A stretch of DNA of 64,000 nucleotides from Lama guanicoe (Eukaryota): NCBI GenBank assembly GCA_013239625.1, contig MU053881.1, positions 3,598,001 to 3,662,000 of the forward strand, in the 5' to 3' direction. The notes under the pieces were generated by a model that worked only from the letters and a program-made list of their open reading frames with translations, was not told the DNA's origin and ran no database searches. Position numbers and translations under genes: made by a program. Below, one piece after another: positions 1-11,930 of the stretch; position 1 is the stretch's first letter; the number at the start of each line of letters is the position of its first letter.

Positions 1-123
1 CCACATTCTATGGGTTGAAATAGTCACAAAAGCCCATCCAGTTTTAGGAGAAGGAGCACAGGTGCCACCTGGTCACCGAAGGGCTGTCACAGAATTGGTG
101 GACACACTTTAAAATGGTCCCTA
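1..123 (-). mobile_element. MaLR MLT1-type LTR fragment (runs off window start)
   Basis: CCACATTCTAT..AGTCACAA..GCCCATCCAG..TTTAAAA pattern resembles the reverse-complemented 5' end of MLT1 LTRs (recalled). Confidence 0.45.
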
Positions 124-129
124 CAGATT

Positions 130-430
130 TATTTCTTCTACAAGCACTTGCTGTGTGCCTACTGTGGGCCAGCTATCAAGCGTACACAGATGAATCAGAT
201 AGAAGGCTTCCTGGAGCAGCTTAATCTCTAGTTATGAAGACCAAGAGGTAGAGGAACACTGTGCTACAGTGGGGTAGATATTTTAAGAGGACTGGCAAAA
301 ATGCTGAGGGATAACGAGGGGGAGAAAGTAATGCCACCAATACAGTTTAGGGGAAGCACAGTGGAGAAGACAGCATTTGGCCTCTGCCTTGAAGGTAAAG
401 CAGGTGTTCTCCAGCTGTGCGCATGCATGG
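130..430 (-). mobile_element. L2 LINE 3' fragment
   Basis: CAAGCACTTGCTGTGTGCCTACTGTGGGCCAG..ACAGATGAATCAGA resembles the reverse L2 3' end. Confidence 0.45.
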
Positions 431-698
431 AGGCATGAAGCATCTTAGCACAGCCTTTTCATTCTGGCTGAATGACGGTGACATTCTAAGTGTCATTCAG
501 ATGGTGACATCTGTCGCAATGGTCACATGATGGTGACATTTCTAGTATAGATTCAGGAGCAATCGCAGTGAGTTCAATTCAGGACATGCTGATGTTTTCA
601 GGTGCTGCTAAGACATCTGGAGGTCAAGGGGGACCCCTGGGTCCACCAACAAACAACCTGCTGGCAGGCCTGCTCTTTACCCTGTTTTTCAGCAGTGT

Positions 699-755
699 CT
701 TTTTTTGAAATCAAAGTATAGTCGATTTACAACATTGCGTTCATTTCTGGTGTAT
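699..755 (-). mobile_element. Short L1 3' end (lineage-type)
   Basis: T-run followed by AAGTATAGTCGATTTACAACATTGCGTTCATTTCTGGTGTA, typical of a reverse artiodactyl-type L1 terminus. Confidence 0.55.
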
Positions 756-1289
756 TTCTACAGGGTCTTAATTGCTCCTGCAGGACAGTCAATGGCTGCG
801 GGTGGTGGCCCTCCTTCCATCTGGGTTGCCTGCTCCCAGCTCCTCAGGCTGTAAAGGAATATTCTAGAAATATGACCTTAGTTATGAGTTATAAATCCAC
901 TGGAGGCACTCAGCCCAACCTCAGAGACAGAGTCAACTCTGGAATGGCTGTAATTACATCTCCTAAGGAAACAAGTGCTCCAAACTGTACACTTGGATGC
1001 TGAATTCACTGCCTTGTGGTGGCTTAGCCTCTGTCTGGCCAGAGGAGAAAGGTGCCTCTGAGATCAGCTCCCCCAGAAATTGGAAATTAGTGGCGTTTGA
1101 GCTGAAAATGGATTGCAGAGAGTGTTTATTTAAAAATGAATTAGTTGACAACATTAAAAAAATATTGGGAGATTTTACTTAAAGTGTCTGAATTGCTGCT
1201 TCTTCTGAAAAAAAATCAGAAGACTTAAATTTTGCCACCAGGCAAAAATCAGTTCCCACATGGTGACAGCTGGAGCCAAGCTGGGGCTG

Positions 1290-1730
1290 TGTCTCCAATT
1301 TGTCAAGTACTGAGAAGAATGTGGGGAAACATTCTCATCCCGGACTGCTAAATTGTACAATTTGGAGGACATTGTATAAATTTCAACTCAAATTTAAAAT
1401 TCACATGACATTGCTCTGGCAATTGTACTTCTGGAGATGAAAAGCTATAGAAATACCCAAACATGAGCCCAAAGTTGAGTTACACTGTGGTATTATTTAT
1501 AATTTTAAAGAAGTGAAGACAACCTACATTTCTATCTATAAAGAACTGGCTAAATCAATTAAGGTATGTATATCAATGCAATTAAATATTATATAGCCAG
1601 TCAGAGGGAGATAAGATGGTTCTATATTAACTGACAATAAAATGGTCAAAATATATTTTTTTAAAAATTTAAGCAAATCACAGGATGATATGTATAGCAT
1701 TACCTTATTTAAGGGAAAAATAGAACTGTC
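1290..1730 (+). mobile_element. Ancient L1ME-type ORF2-end/3'UTR fragment
   Basis: GAAGAATGTGGGGAAAC..TAAATTGTACAA..GCAATTGTACTTCTGGAGAT..ACAACCTACATTTCTATC; AT-rich L1ME-like 3' sequence. Confidence 0.55.
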
Positions 1731-2409
1731 TTAGGATATTTGTGAAGGAGCACAGTTGGTCTAAATTCTCAACTCAACCATGAAGTCTTTTGGAGTTTAT
1801 TAGCATCCGGACTGAAGAGAGAGGAACAAAGATTGAGCTGTCTTGCTAACCTTTCCAGCCCAAGTGATGTGGCCATGTGATCTTCTTTTGTTGGGGGATG
1901 GTGTTAGTGGTACGTGATGTGACCACGACAGCAGGTAGTCACAAAAGTGAGCAGACTCCCACCCCTGCAGTCTGTCCTCAGGTGGCCTGGTTATGACGCA
2001 CTCGGCACAGGCAGCATGGTGTCCAGGACCGGGGCAGGCTGAGACCTGCTGCAGGGGGCTGGTCTGGCAAATCCTGCCATGCTGCACGCTTTTCACTGAT
2101 TTGGCCTCGTGTATGTCTGTTTCTCTGGGAGAAGCCAGATGGACCTGAATTTTCTGGTGAGTTACCGTCAGACGTGACCTGTGCTCTTTATTTAGCTTCT
2201 TTCATTGTATCCCTTTGAGATGCTGAAACATCAACCCTCCACTTTAACCAACAGCACCTGGACTTTCTCATCTTGTTTCTTTGGGAAGCAACCACAAAAC
2301 ACTTTAGTAAAAATAATTTATGATAATTCTTCTAAAAAACCCAAAACCACTAGAAAATGGTACAACTAATGGCAAAAAGTGGACGGCTTTGGGTTTAGAC
2401 AACTTGGGT

Positions 2410-2809
2410 GCTACTGAGCTCTCCAAAATACCACTAGAAACTTGTGGAGGCAAAGCTTAATTTATCTGAACTTGCTGTCAGGGTCTTAGTCACGTCTCAG
2501 AGAGGGACATTAGCAGGAGGATAATTATAGGACCTCAGGGTCTGGGCTTAAGTGGTCTAATGTTTTTTTCAAAGACAGGGATCTGGTTTGAGTCGCACAA
2601 AGTCAATGATCCCACAGTTTAGGATTGGCGAACACGACACAATGGTGAAAGCGGTCAAGTGAGGCTTGACAAGCAGACTGTCGGTTGGTGACCGGTCCAG
2701 GGCTGCCTTCAATAACTTGATCTGTAGGAGTATCTTGAAGCAAAAAATGAAGCTGGTCATCTCTGCCAGGCAGAAGTTTTCTGGAACAACCAACCTGGTC
2801 ATGCTGACA
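2410..2809 (-). mobile_element. Ancient ERV1-class LTR (MER110/MER90-like)
   Basis: Minus strand starts TGTCAGCATGACCAGGTTGGTTGTTCCAGAAAAC; its 3' part (TAAATTAAGCTTTGCC..GTGGTATTTTGG) resembles the LTR at 7530-7882. Confidence 0.4.
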
Positions 2810-2869
2810 TAAGTGGACCACGGTACCTTCCCTACGACCCAGTTGCAGTGATGCAGATGGTCTGGATTC

Positions 2870-2965
2870 TCCGTGCCAACCCCAGCTCTGTCATTTTCTA
2901 GCTGTAGGACTTGGGGCAATTTACTTAAAGGTTCTGCTTCTTTATCTGTGCATTGACGATGGCAG
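2870..2965 (+). mobile_element. MIR SINE fragment
   Basis: CCCAGCTCTGTCATTTTCTAGCTGTAGGACTTGGGGCAATTTACTTAA matches the MIR core. Confidence 0.55.
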
Positions 2966-3072
2966 GGTTGGGGTTAGGGCTAAATACAATTCCAGCACCT
3001 GGAGTGTAGAGTTCTCTGTGATGTTAGCAACTTTTATTCCACCTGGATATAAAGGCATAGGGAAAGGGACAG

Positions 3073-3288
3073 AGCAGGACTTAGCCTTGGCACTATGGGC
3101 ATTTGGGGCCAGAAAATTCTTTGCTGTCGGGGCTTGTTCTGTGTATTGTAAGGGTGTGTTTACACCATCTCTGACCCCTACCCACCAGCAGCCAGGAGCA
3201 CCAACCCCTCCAAGCTGTAACCACAAAAACGCTTCCCAGCATCGCAAAGTGTCCTCACTTAAGACCCACTGACCTGGAGGCAACCACT
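3073..3288 (-). mobile_element. MER20 (hAT-Charlie) DNA transposon
   Basis: CCTTGGCACTATGGGCATTTGGGGCCAGAAAATTCTTTGCTG..TTCTGTGTATTGTAAG..AACCACTG matches the reverse MER20 consensus and terminal repeat. Confidence 0.75.
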
Positions 3289-4890
3289 GTGTGGGTTGCG
3301 CATGGGAAGAGTGGGAATTAGTAACATAAGAGATATTAACGTATGGCTCATATCGTAGGCTACTTGTTGGCAGCTTCATCTTTGCATCTTCTGCAAACAC
3401 AAGTGATTTGCAGGCAGTAAGAGCTAGAGAAATATTTCTTGTGATAGAACATCAGTCGGTGCTTCCAGACAGGGTACAACGTTGTGGCTCCTGACCCACG
3501 AATGGGTCTTAGAAAAGAGAAAGCTTAGACTTACTCATTTCAGAGATAAGTTCATTAGACATTGAAACCTGACGATGCTTCTTAGCCAAAAAGGTTCTGC
3601 CTTTAGATCCCAGGATGTGTTCCAGAAAATTGAGAATGACTGCAAATGTTTGGAAAAGGCTATGGGCCAAGGGAAACCTGAGTCTCCAGTAAAAATCATT
3701 TTAAAAAGCCTCCCTTTGGTCGTGGGAGGAAGGCAATATGAAATAGGATAGTCAGAGAAGAATTAACATTTGACTGAAACCTGTATGATCAGGAAGCAGC
3801 CACTCAAAGATTTGGAAAAGAGCCTCTCAAACCAAGGAACCTGATGGTGCAGGGGCCTGAGGAAATGTGTGGCAGCTTTTAATGTTTTGAATGCTGACAA
3901 TGCAGGCCCGCTCTCCATCCCTCCCACCCTCACCGATGAGGAACCAGCAGGAGGTGGGCTGCCAGATTGGAACATTCTACGTAACCTCCAGAAGGAGAAA
4001 GACTGGTGTGGAAATGAGCAGAAAGCAAAAAGAAAACGAAAGTGAACTGGAACCTAAAGGGCACCTGCTGAGATTTTCTGTTTCTAAGGTGAATCTAGGA
4101 AACTAGATTTAGCTTCGTTGATTCAATAAAGTGATTGACTAGCGAGGAATCCACCCTATGTCACTCTTCTAAGCTCAGTGCACAGCTCTACTTATAACTA
4201 AATGTTTCTCGAAGTAAAACAGAAAACAACCACTTTGCTCCCTGTATTTATGCTTCTCAACACAGATGCCAGAGTAGCGTTTCCTACATCTGTGGTAAGC
4301 TACTTTCAACCATGCAGCAAGGCAATAAAAATAGTTTTCATGTGAAGATAAATAAAATAAATAAATAAAGAGCCTCCATTTGGCAGCTGCAGCCAACCAG
4401 ATGCCGCATTTGGAGCCGTTGGCTTCAGCCAGGGCCTGCGACAGACGTCGAGAGCCGTGTTTCCAAATGTCTCGATGACCTGGCACCTGCACTCAGGGCT
4501 TCCAGCAAAGTGAGCCACGCCCAGGCTCCCACTCTTGCATTTCGGTGGCCTTCGGGTACGTCGGGACTACGTGGTTGTTCTTGAACTCTAAAGAATAGGA
4601 GAAAGGTGACTCTCACTTTTAAAAAATGGTTTGCAGTGGGAAGAGATGTTCCAGAGACCAAGCCCACAATGCTGCAGCTGCGAGGATCTTCCCCAAGCAC
4701 AGTCTGCCCTGAAAAGTGGGTCACAGTAATTCCTTGTCCATGCAGTAAACAATTCTGGGACTGTACCTGTGTTCATGATGCCACATTAAGCAATACTAAG
4801 AACAAGAAAAAAAACTTAGCTGCTTGCTTCAAGAAATACCTTCTCGTAGACTTGAACAGAAACTAGTACATCTGTGGTCTTAGCTGCTCG

Positions 4891-5372
4891 GTTCACCAGA
4901 GCCAAGAGGTAGAAATAACCCAGCGGTCCGTCAGTGGATGAATGGTTACACAAAAATGTGCTCTATCCACATAATGGAATATTACTCAGCCTTAAAAAGG
5001 AAGGGCATTCTGACACACGCTACAACATGGATAAACCCTGGGGACATTATGCTAAGCGAAACAAGCCAGTCCCCAAAGGACAAGTACTGTGGGATTCCGC
5101 TTAGATGAAATATCTAGAATTGTCAAGCTCCTACAGACAAATGGTAAAATGCAAGTTACCAGGGGCTGGGGCAGGGCCAGGGGCTGTTGGGAATGTAGAT
5201 GTACTATCTAATGGGAATGGAGTTTTAGTTTGGGAAGATGAAAAAGCTCTGTGGGTAAATGGTGGTGATGGTTACATAGCATTGTGAATATACTAAATGC
5301 CACCGAACCATACACTTAAAATAGTTAAAATGATAAATATTATGTTATATATATTTTACTACAATAAAAAAA
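4891..5372 (+). mobile_element. L1MB-type LINE-1 3' end (copy 1)
   Basis: TTCACCAGAGCCAAGAGGTAGAAATAACCC..ATGGAATATTACTCAGCCTTAAAAAGGAAG..ATTTTACTACAATAAAAAAA; followed by a very short younger L1 tail (TAAATCAACTGTACTTC) at about 5380-5460. Confidence 0.85.
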
Positions 5373-6956
5373 TGCTCCTGTTATAAATCAACTGTACTTC
5401 GATACAAAATTTTAAAAAATAATAAAAATTAAAAATCAAACCAAATAATTTTAAAAATTCTTCTAGAAGATAAGACCAGACAGTAAGAGCTAGAGAAATA
5501 TTTCTTGTGATAGAACATCAGTCGGTGCTTCCAGACAGGGTACAACGTTGTGGCTCCTGACCCACGAATGGGTCTTAGAAAAGAGAAAGCTTAGACTTAC
5601 TCATTTCAGAGATAAGTTCATTAGACATTGAAACCTGACGATGCTTCTTAGCCAAAAAGGTTCTGCCTTTAGATCCCAGGATGTGTTCCAGAAAATTGAG
5701 AATGACTGCAAATGTTTGGAAAAGGCTATGGGCCAAGGGAAACCTGAGTCTCCAGTAAAAATCATTTTAAAAAGCCTCCCTTTGGTCGTGGGAGGAAGGC
5801 AATATGAAATAGGATAGTCAGAGAAGAATTAACATTTGACTGAAACCTGTATGATCAGGAAGCAGCCACTCAAAGATTTGGAAAAGAGCCTCTCAAACCA
5901 AGGAACCTGATGGTGCAGGGGCCTGAGGAAATGTGTGGCAGCTTTTAATGTTTTGAATGCTGACAATGCAGGCCCGCTCTCCATCCCTCCCACCCTCACC
6001 GATGAGAAACCAGCAGGAGGTGGGGTGCCAGATTGGAACATTCTACGTAACCTCCAGAAGGAGAAAGACTGGTGTGGAAATGAGCAGAAATCAAAAAGAA
6101 AACGAAGGTGAACTGGAACCTAAAGGGCACCTGCTGAGATTTTCTATCTCTAAGGTGAATCTAGGAAACTAGATTTAGCTTCGTTGATTCAATAAAGTGA
6201 TTGACTAGCGAGGAATCCACCCTATGTCACTCTTCTAAGCTCAGTGCACAGCTCTACTTATAACTAAATGTTTCTCGAAGTAAAACAGAAAACAACCACT
6301 TTGCTCCCTGTATTTATGCTTCTCAACACAGATGCCAGAGTAGCGTTTCCTACATCTGTGGTAAGCTACTTTCAACCATGCAGCAAGGCAATAAAAATAG
6401 TTTTCATGTGAAGATAAATAAAATAAATAAATAAAGAGCCTCCATTTGGCAGCTGCAGCCAACCAGATGCCGCATTTGGAGCCGTTGGCTTCAGCCAGGG
6501 CCTGCGACAGACGTCGAGAGCCGTGTTTCCAAATGTCTCGATGACCTGGCACCTGCACTCAGGGCTTCCAGCAAAGTGAGCCACGCCCAGGCTCCCACTC
6601 TTGCATTTCGGTGGCCTTCGGGTACGTCGGGACTACGTGGTTGTTCTTGAACTCTAAAGAATAGGAGAAAGGTGACTCTCACTTTTAAAAAATGGTTTGC
6701 AGTGGGAAGAGATGTTCCAGAGACCAAGCCCACAATGCTGCAGCTGCGAGGATCTTCCCCAAGCACAGTCTGCCCTGAAAAGTGGGTCACAGTAATTCCT
6801 TGTCCACGCAGTAAACAATTCTGGGACTGTACCTGTGTTCATGATGCCACATTAAGCAATACTAAGAACAAGAAAAAAAACTTAGCTGCTTGCTTCAAGA
6901 AATACCTTCTCGTAGACTTGAACAGAAACTAGTACATCTGTGGTCTTAGCTGCTCG

Positions 6957-7438
6957 GTTCACCAGAGCCAAGAGGTAGAAATAACCCAGCGGTCCGTCAG
7001 TGGATGAATGGTTACACAAAAATGTGCTCTATCCACATAATGGAATATTACTCAGCCTTAAAAAGGAAGGGCATTCTGACACACGCTACAACATGGATAA
7101 ACCCTGGGGACATTATGCTAAGCGAAACAAGCCAGTCCCCAAAGGACAAGTATTGTGGGATTCCACTTAGATGAAATATCTAGAATTGTCAAGCTCCTAC
7201 AGACAAATGGTAAAATGCAAGTTACCAGGGGCTGGGGCAGGGCCAGGGGCTGTTGGGAATGTAGATGTACTATCTAATGGGAATGGAGTTTCAGTTTGGG
7301 AAGATGAAAAAGCTCTGTGGGTAAATGGTGGTGATGGTTACATAGCATTGTGAATATACTAAATGCCACCGAACCATACACTTAAAATAGTTAAAATGAT
7401 AAATATTATGTTATATATATTTTACTACAATAAAAAAA
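6957..7438 (+). mobile_element. L1MB-type LINE-1 3' end (copy 2, created by the duplication)
   Basis: Duplicate of 4891-5372 at offset 2066. Confidence 0.85.
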
Positions 7439-7529
7439 TGCTCCTGTTATAAATCAACTGTACTTCGATACAAAATTTTAAAAAATAATAAAAATTAAAA
7501 ATCAAACCAAATAATTTTAAAAATTCTTC

Positions 7530-7882
7530 TAGAAGATAAGACCAGGAACTAACAAAAATGGCTTATTTATCAAGACTAACAACTCACTCATTAGGACTCG
7601 CCTCATGATGCCCCACACACACCCAGTCTGCAGCTCTTGGGTCGTAAACTCTGCCCAGCCTCATCCAGCTCCTGCTTTGCAAAATCCACCTTTAAAGCAC
7701 CCAGCCTGGGTCCTAAAACTGTAAATATCCTCCCCTCTTCTCCCCATTTGAGATACCACCCACCACGGCTGGCACCATGTCATTCTCCTTATTGTAGTAA
7801 GTCTGTCTGATCATCTTAGCTTTGCTTCAGCAACAGGTTTTATTATTTTTTTCCCCCTGGGTGTTTTGTTTGAAAGTTGACA
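7530..7882 (+). mobile_element. Ancient ERV1-class LTR 3' part (MER110-like)
   Basis: TGTAAATATCC TATA-like site, TCTCCTTATTGTAGTAAG..AGCTTTGCTTCAGCAACAGGTT, ends GTTGACA. Confidence 0.45.
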
Positions 7883-7939
7883 GCCGACAGATCATGGATT
7901 TTCCTCCTTAAAATTCGGCGGTCACTCACGGCCAATATC

Positions 7940-8125
7940 TGAGTTTGCAAACGGGCAGCTGGCATGGCCTCCAGTTATGTTTTATTTGGCTTGCAAAGTG
8001 TATTGGGGAAAAAAATTGAATTTGCTGCCAGATGTTAAATATTGGGAGTTTTTCCAAAGAATATAAATTTCTTACTTTCGTGGGAAATTCAGGACCAACT
8101 CCACTTGCCAGCCCCATTTCAGACG
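7940..8125. mobile_element. hAT-Charlie-type DNA transposon fragment (MER102-like)
   Basis: TATGTTTTATTTGGC..GAATTTGCTGCCAGATGTTAAATATTGGGAGTTTT resembles the recalled MER102 consensus. Confidence 0.4.
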
Positions 8126-8319
8126 TTTGGGTCAGTTCCACCAAGGCATCCTCTTAAGCAAAGACGAAAGTTTGACTTGTCCTGACTCTGAGTGTGCACA
8201 TCAGTGCCAGGCACGGGGTATGCTTCAGTCTAACACGGCCTCACTCAGAGGGACTCGCTGTAACCGAATGACAAAGGTCTTGCAAGCCTTGAAATTGGTG
8301 ACGGCTGTCACTGCTTTGG

Positions 8320-8500
8320 AGCCAAAGGAACAGACCCAAGTCTGGCCTCTACCACTTACTTCCAAGGTGGCATCAGGAAAGTTCCTGATGTTCTAGGAAC
8401 CCCAACCCATCACTTGTAAAGTGGGAAGTGCATGTGGCTTTGGGGAAGACTCAATGAGCCACTGAACGTCCTGACACACAGTGAACACCCAGCGGGAGAA
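8320..8500 (+). mobile_element. MIR SINE
   Basis: ACAGACCCAAGTCTGGCCTCTACCACTTACT..CATCACTTGTAAAGTGGG..GGGAAGACTCAATGAG. Confidence 0.5.
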
Positions 8501-8914
8501 GCTAACGTGACTGTAGTTATAACCCTGACTTGCACTGAGGCTTTTACTCCTGTGAAATCGTCTTCATTTTCCAACCAGTTTTGGCAGAAGAGAGTTTCAG
8601 TCCCACATCTAAATCACAAAGTGTGACTCTGAACTTTGAGGACAATGACCGTCACCATGGAAAGATTTCTAACGAAAAAAAATAAAGGGAGGGGGATAGT
8701 AAATTTCAAACCTGGGGAGAAACCTCTCTCATGAGCATCTTTAAACAACTTCCAAAGCCCACGAAATGCATTACTCCACGGTTCTTTATGGAGAACATTT
8801 TGGGATACAGTTCTCTTTTAAATGCATACACTGGAAGACATGCAGGTACTGAAAAAATAAATGCACTTTCAATGGGATGGGTGATTTGAAAGAGAACAGC
8901 ATTGTACTTACGAC

Positions 8915-9340
8915 TATTTTCAAAATATTTTTATTATGAATTTTTTTTAACAGAGAGAAAGTTAGGGGCGATAATATGCCCACCCTGGTTTTAAATATCT
9001 ATTTGGCCATTTGCTTCGGATCTTTTTACTGTCTACATCAAGGAAGAAAAGTTTACAGATGCAACTGAACCCTCTTGTATACCCCTCCCTACTCTCAAGC
9101 CTTCCCTCCTTCCCCAGGGAGAAGCATGGTCCAGAAATTGCTGCATATCATTTCCAGGCATGATGCTGTACTTTTACTATGTATAGCACGTAGCTGTAAA
9201 CAATGAATCTATTTGGGGCATTTTTTTTAAACTTCAAATAAATAATATCACGCTGTACATCTTCCCGTGCTATTTCCTTTTTCTGTTTTACATAGCCCTG
9301 GTTGAATTATTTTAGGTGCTATATAGTAGTTCGTTACTTT
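8915..9340 (-). mobile_element. Ancient L1ME-type 3'UTR fragment
   Basis: TTTTTATTATGAATTTTTTTAA..CCTCTTGTATACCCCTCCC..ATCATTTCCAGGCATG, reverse L1ME-like. Confidence 0.45.
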
Positions 9341-9479
9341 CAATTTTTAAATTACTTTTGATTCATGGCAATATTGTCTCTTCCTTGGGGGAAAAAAATG
9401 ATCACACATCTTCTCTTTTCGGGGCTCTTAACCCCCTACAATATAAAACCCAAATTAAGCCTGGCATTCTAAACTCTCC

Positions 9480-9850
9480 AAGATCGACTTTGTTTCTTTC
9501 TCCACCAACCAGCTGCTGTTTCCCAAACGTATCATCAACCAAGAATCTTTGGTCTCTCCAGATGACTCCTATTCATCCCTCAAAACCCAACTGAAATATC
9601 ACTTTCTCAGGGAACCATTCCCTTGAGACTAAGTTAGGCAACATTTCACTGGCTTCTCATAGCACCTTTCAGAAATCTTGATTACAGTTTATAACTCATA
9701 GCACTGTCATCTATCCATACCCCTCTCCCAGACATGCACACAAACCTCAGAGTTTCTTAACTGTGATTCATCCAACTGTGTATCACTGACATTGAATGTA
9801 CTCCTGGATACATTATGGCAAGTGCTCCAAAAATGATGGTTGAATTGAAG
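9480..9850 (+). mobile_element. L2 3' end
   Basis: ATTCATCCCTCAAAACCCAACTGAAATATCACTTTCTCAGGGAA..AAGTGCTCCAAAAATGATGGTTGAATTGAA. Confidence 0.55.
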
Positions 9851-10154
9851 AAAATGATTGCACATAACATTTTGGGAGAGAGAATGGGTTATACCAGCGT
9901 CAAGGGGAAATGACTCCTCTTTAAAGAGTTTGCCGTGAGCATCTCCCCACATCCTCATTCCTTGGCGGTACCCGTTAACCGTTGGGTCTGACTCTTTTCC
10001 CTGCCTACTTCCAAACAGCTCCAAGGTGGTCCCTCTACCTTGTGAACCAGATACTATACATGGCCAAAAGCCTGATCTCAGCTCAACATTTTGGAGGTAT
10101 GTTCCACCCCAATTTGGAGGAGAAGAATTTTTTTTAAAAGAATGGACTCCTTAG

Positions 10155-10340
10155 ATCACCTGTACTCAGACTTGGTTCTACACTGGAGGCACCAGGAGAA
10201 CTTTAAAACACTCTGATGCCCGATTCTCGCTTTCAGAAATCTTGATGTTGTTGGTCTTCTGGGTGCATCTTGGGACCTGGGGTCTTTTCCAAGCTCCCCG
10301 GAGGGCTCTTACATGCTGCGTAAGTCTGAACAGTTTGCAG
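10155..10340. mobile_element. MER5A-type hAT-Charlie element
   Basis: CAGACTTGGTTCTACACTGGAGGCACCAGGAGAACTTTAAAACACTCTGATGCCC..AAGCTCCCCGGAGG resembles MER5A1. Confidence 0.6.
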
Positions 10341-10999
10341 GCGTGCCGTAACATTTATCCCTTCCCACCCCCACCTCCCAGTGCACCTGGGTGAAGCTGG
10401 AGCACCTGGAGGACCCCTCGCCCTGCCTTCCCCTCCTTCCCTGCCTCCCCTCCTTCCCTGCCTCCCCTCCATTGGCCACGGGAAGTCTGTTCCAATGAAT
10501 TCACTGCACTGAACAAATACGATGGTTTCTTCATGGGCTGCATTTTGAAAGACTAGGGATGTTTGCTTTAGAGAACAGCACAAGCCAAAAGCAGCCTAGG
10601 ATTTCATGAGCAACATGAGGCGCAGTTTCAGTGTGGCGTCTTCCTGGCCACATGCCCCCGCGTGGTGGGCCATTTACCTTCCCCCCAGAGACTGGATTCT
10701 GTGGTTTTTCTTCATCATCGCCTCATTGAATCAGTCTCATAACAAGCCTGAGAGGTCAACACGGTGACCTCCCTCTTACAAATAAGGGCGCTAGCGCTGT
10801 AGGGAGGTCCTTATCCCAGCAAAGATCTGGCACATGGCAGGGGCCAAGGTCCTCGCTAAGTCTAGAATGGTCTTCTCTGTACTTCCAGGAAGGAAGTAAA
10901 GGTAAGTGAGGGGGTGAGGGCATGAGATGCAGAAAGGCGTGGGTAGCACTCCTGAAAGGAGAGATTTCAAGTCCGGGGACCCTACGAAGCACAAGGGTT

Positions 11000-11930
11000 C
11001 GGGTCACCGGTTCAAATCATGGGTTCAAATCCCAGCACTTCTTCCCGCTGTGTCTGTGACTTCTGCTAAGCGATCGCACCATTTTGTGCCTCTGTTGCCC
11101 CTTTTGTAGAAGTACGATGGGACTTGGGGAGAATCGCATGAGATCCTAAATTTAGGCAGCACAGAGCTCAGTGCCAGGCTGAGGCTTTCCTTTCAGACCC
11201 GTCATTTCCCAGGGATGGGCTCTTTGGTGAGTAAGTTTCATCTCTCTGAACCTCAGTTTCCTTGCTTGGAAAATGGGTATAATAACGCACACATCCCTGC
11301 AACCAGGACACGGGAGGCTGGAGGAAGTCCCTCCTGCAGGGTGTTGAACACAGTGCCTAGGATGTGGTGGTCACTATTGAGATGATCGTGGAAACAGGCA
11401 GAGCAAACCAGCTCTGCCCGCTTGCCAATGTGGGCTAGAACTGGTCCCACCTGAAGTAGCTCTGAGCCCTAAGCAGGAGCCCCAGGAGCCCAGACAGGCC
11501 CCAGGAGACTTTATTGTGGGGAGAATCCTGGGTGGAAGGAAGACCATAAGCCTTGGGCAAGTTTCTCCCAACACTGAGCCTCAGTCTTCCCATCTGTAAA
11601 ATGACGAGGTGGGACTGGTGGATCCTACAGGGCTGCTCTGCCTCAGTCATGCCCTAGGCACAGGCACTGCCATGGTCTGGGCTGGACACACTGGGTGCCC
11701 AGACCCAGACGGGGTCCACGATCATCATCGTAACACCCACTGTGCGACACACTCCACAGAAGTGACTTCATGCAGTTTTGACTTGACCCTACAAGGTGGG
11801 TGTTACTATTCCCATGTGGCATTTCACAGAGGTGACTTTTCTTGCCCGAGAGCACGTAGCTAAGGAGTGACCCCTCTGGAAACTAAGCCTGACTCTGTCC
11901 GAGGCTAATGCCTGATCTCACCACTGTGCC
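11000..11930. mobile_element. Cluster of MIR fragments (about 11000-11170, 11230-11370, 11550-11620 on +; 11790-11930 on -)
   Basis: GGGTTCAAATCCCAGCACT; TCTGAACCTCAGTTTCCTTGCTTGGAAAATGGG; CCTTGGGCAAGT..GAGCCTCAGTCTTCCCATCTGTAAAATG. Confidence 0.6.

Larger units (their letters stand above)
3411..7545 (+). repeat. Head-to-tail tandem duplication, 2 x 2,066 bp
   Basis: 3415-5479 recurs at 5481-7545; ORF track repeats with offset 2066 (3763/5829, 4175/6241, 5105/7171); about 10 substitutions seen by eye. Confidence 0.98.

Noticed and set aside
4891..7438. Duplication caused by recombination between the two L1MB copies
   Set aside because: The second L1MB is a product of the duplication, and the breakpoints lie outside it.
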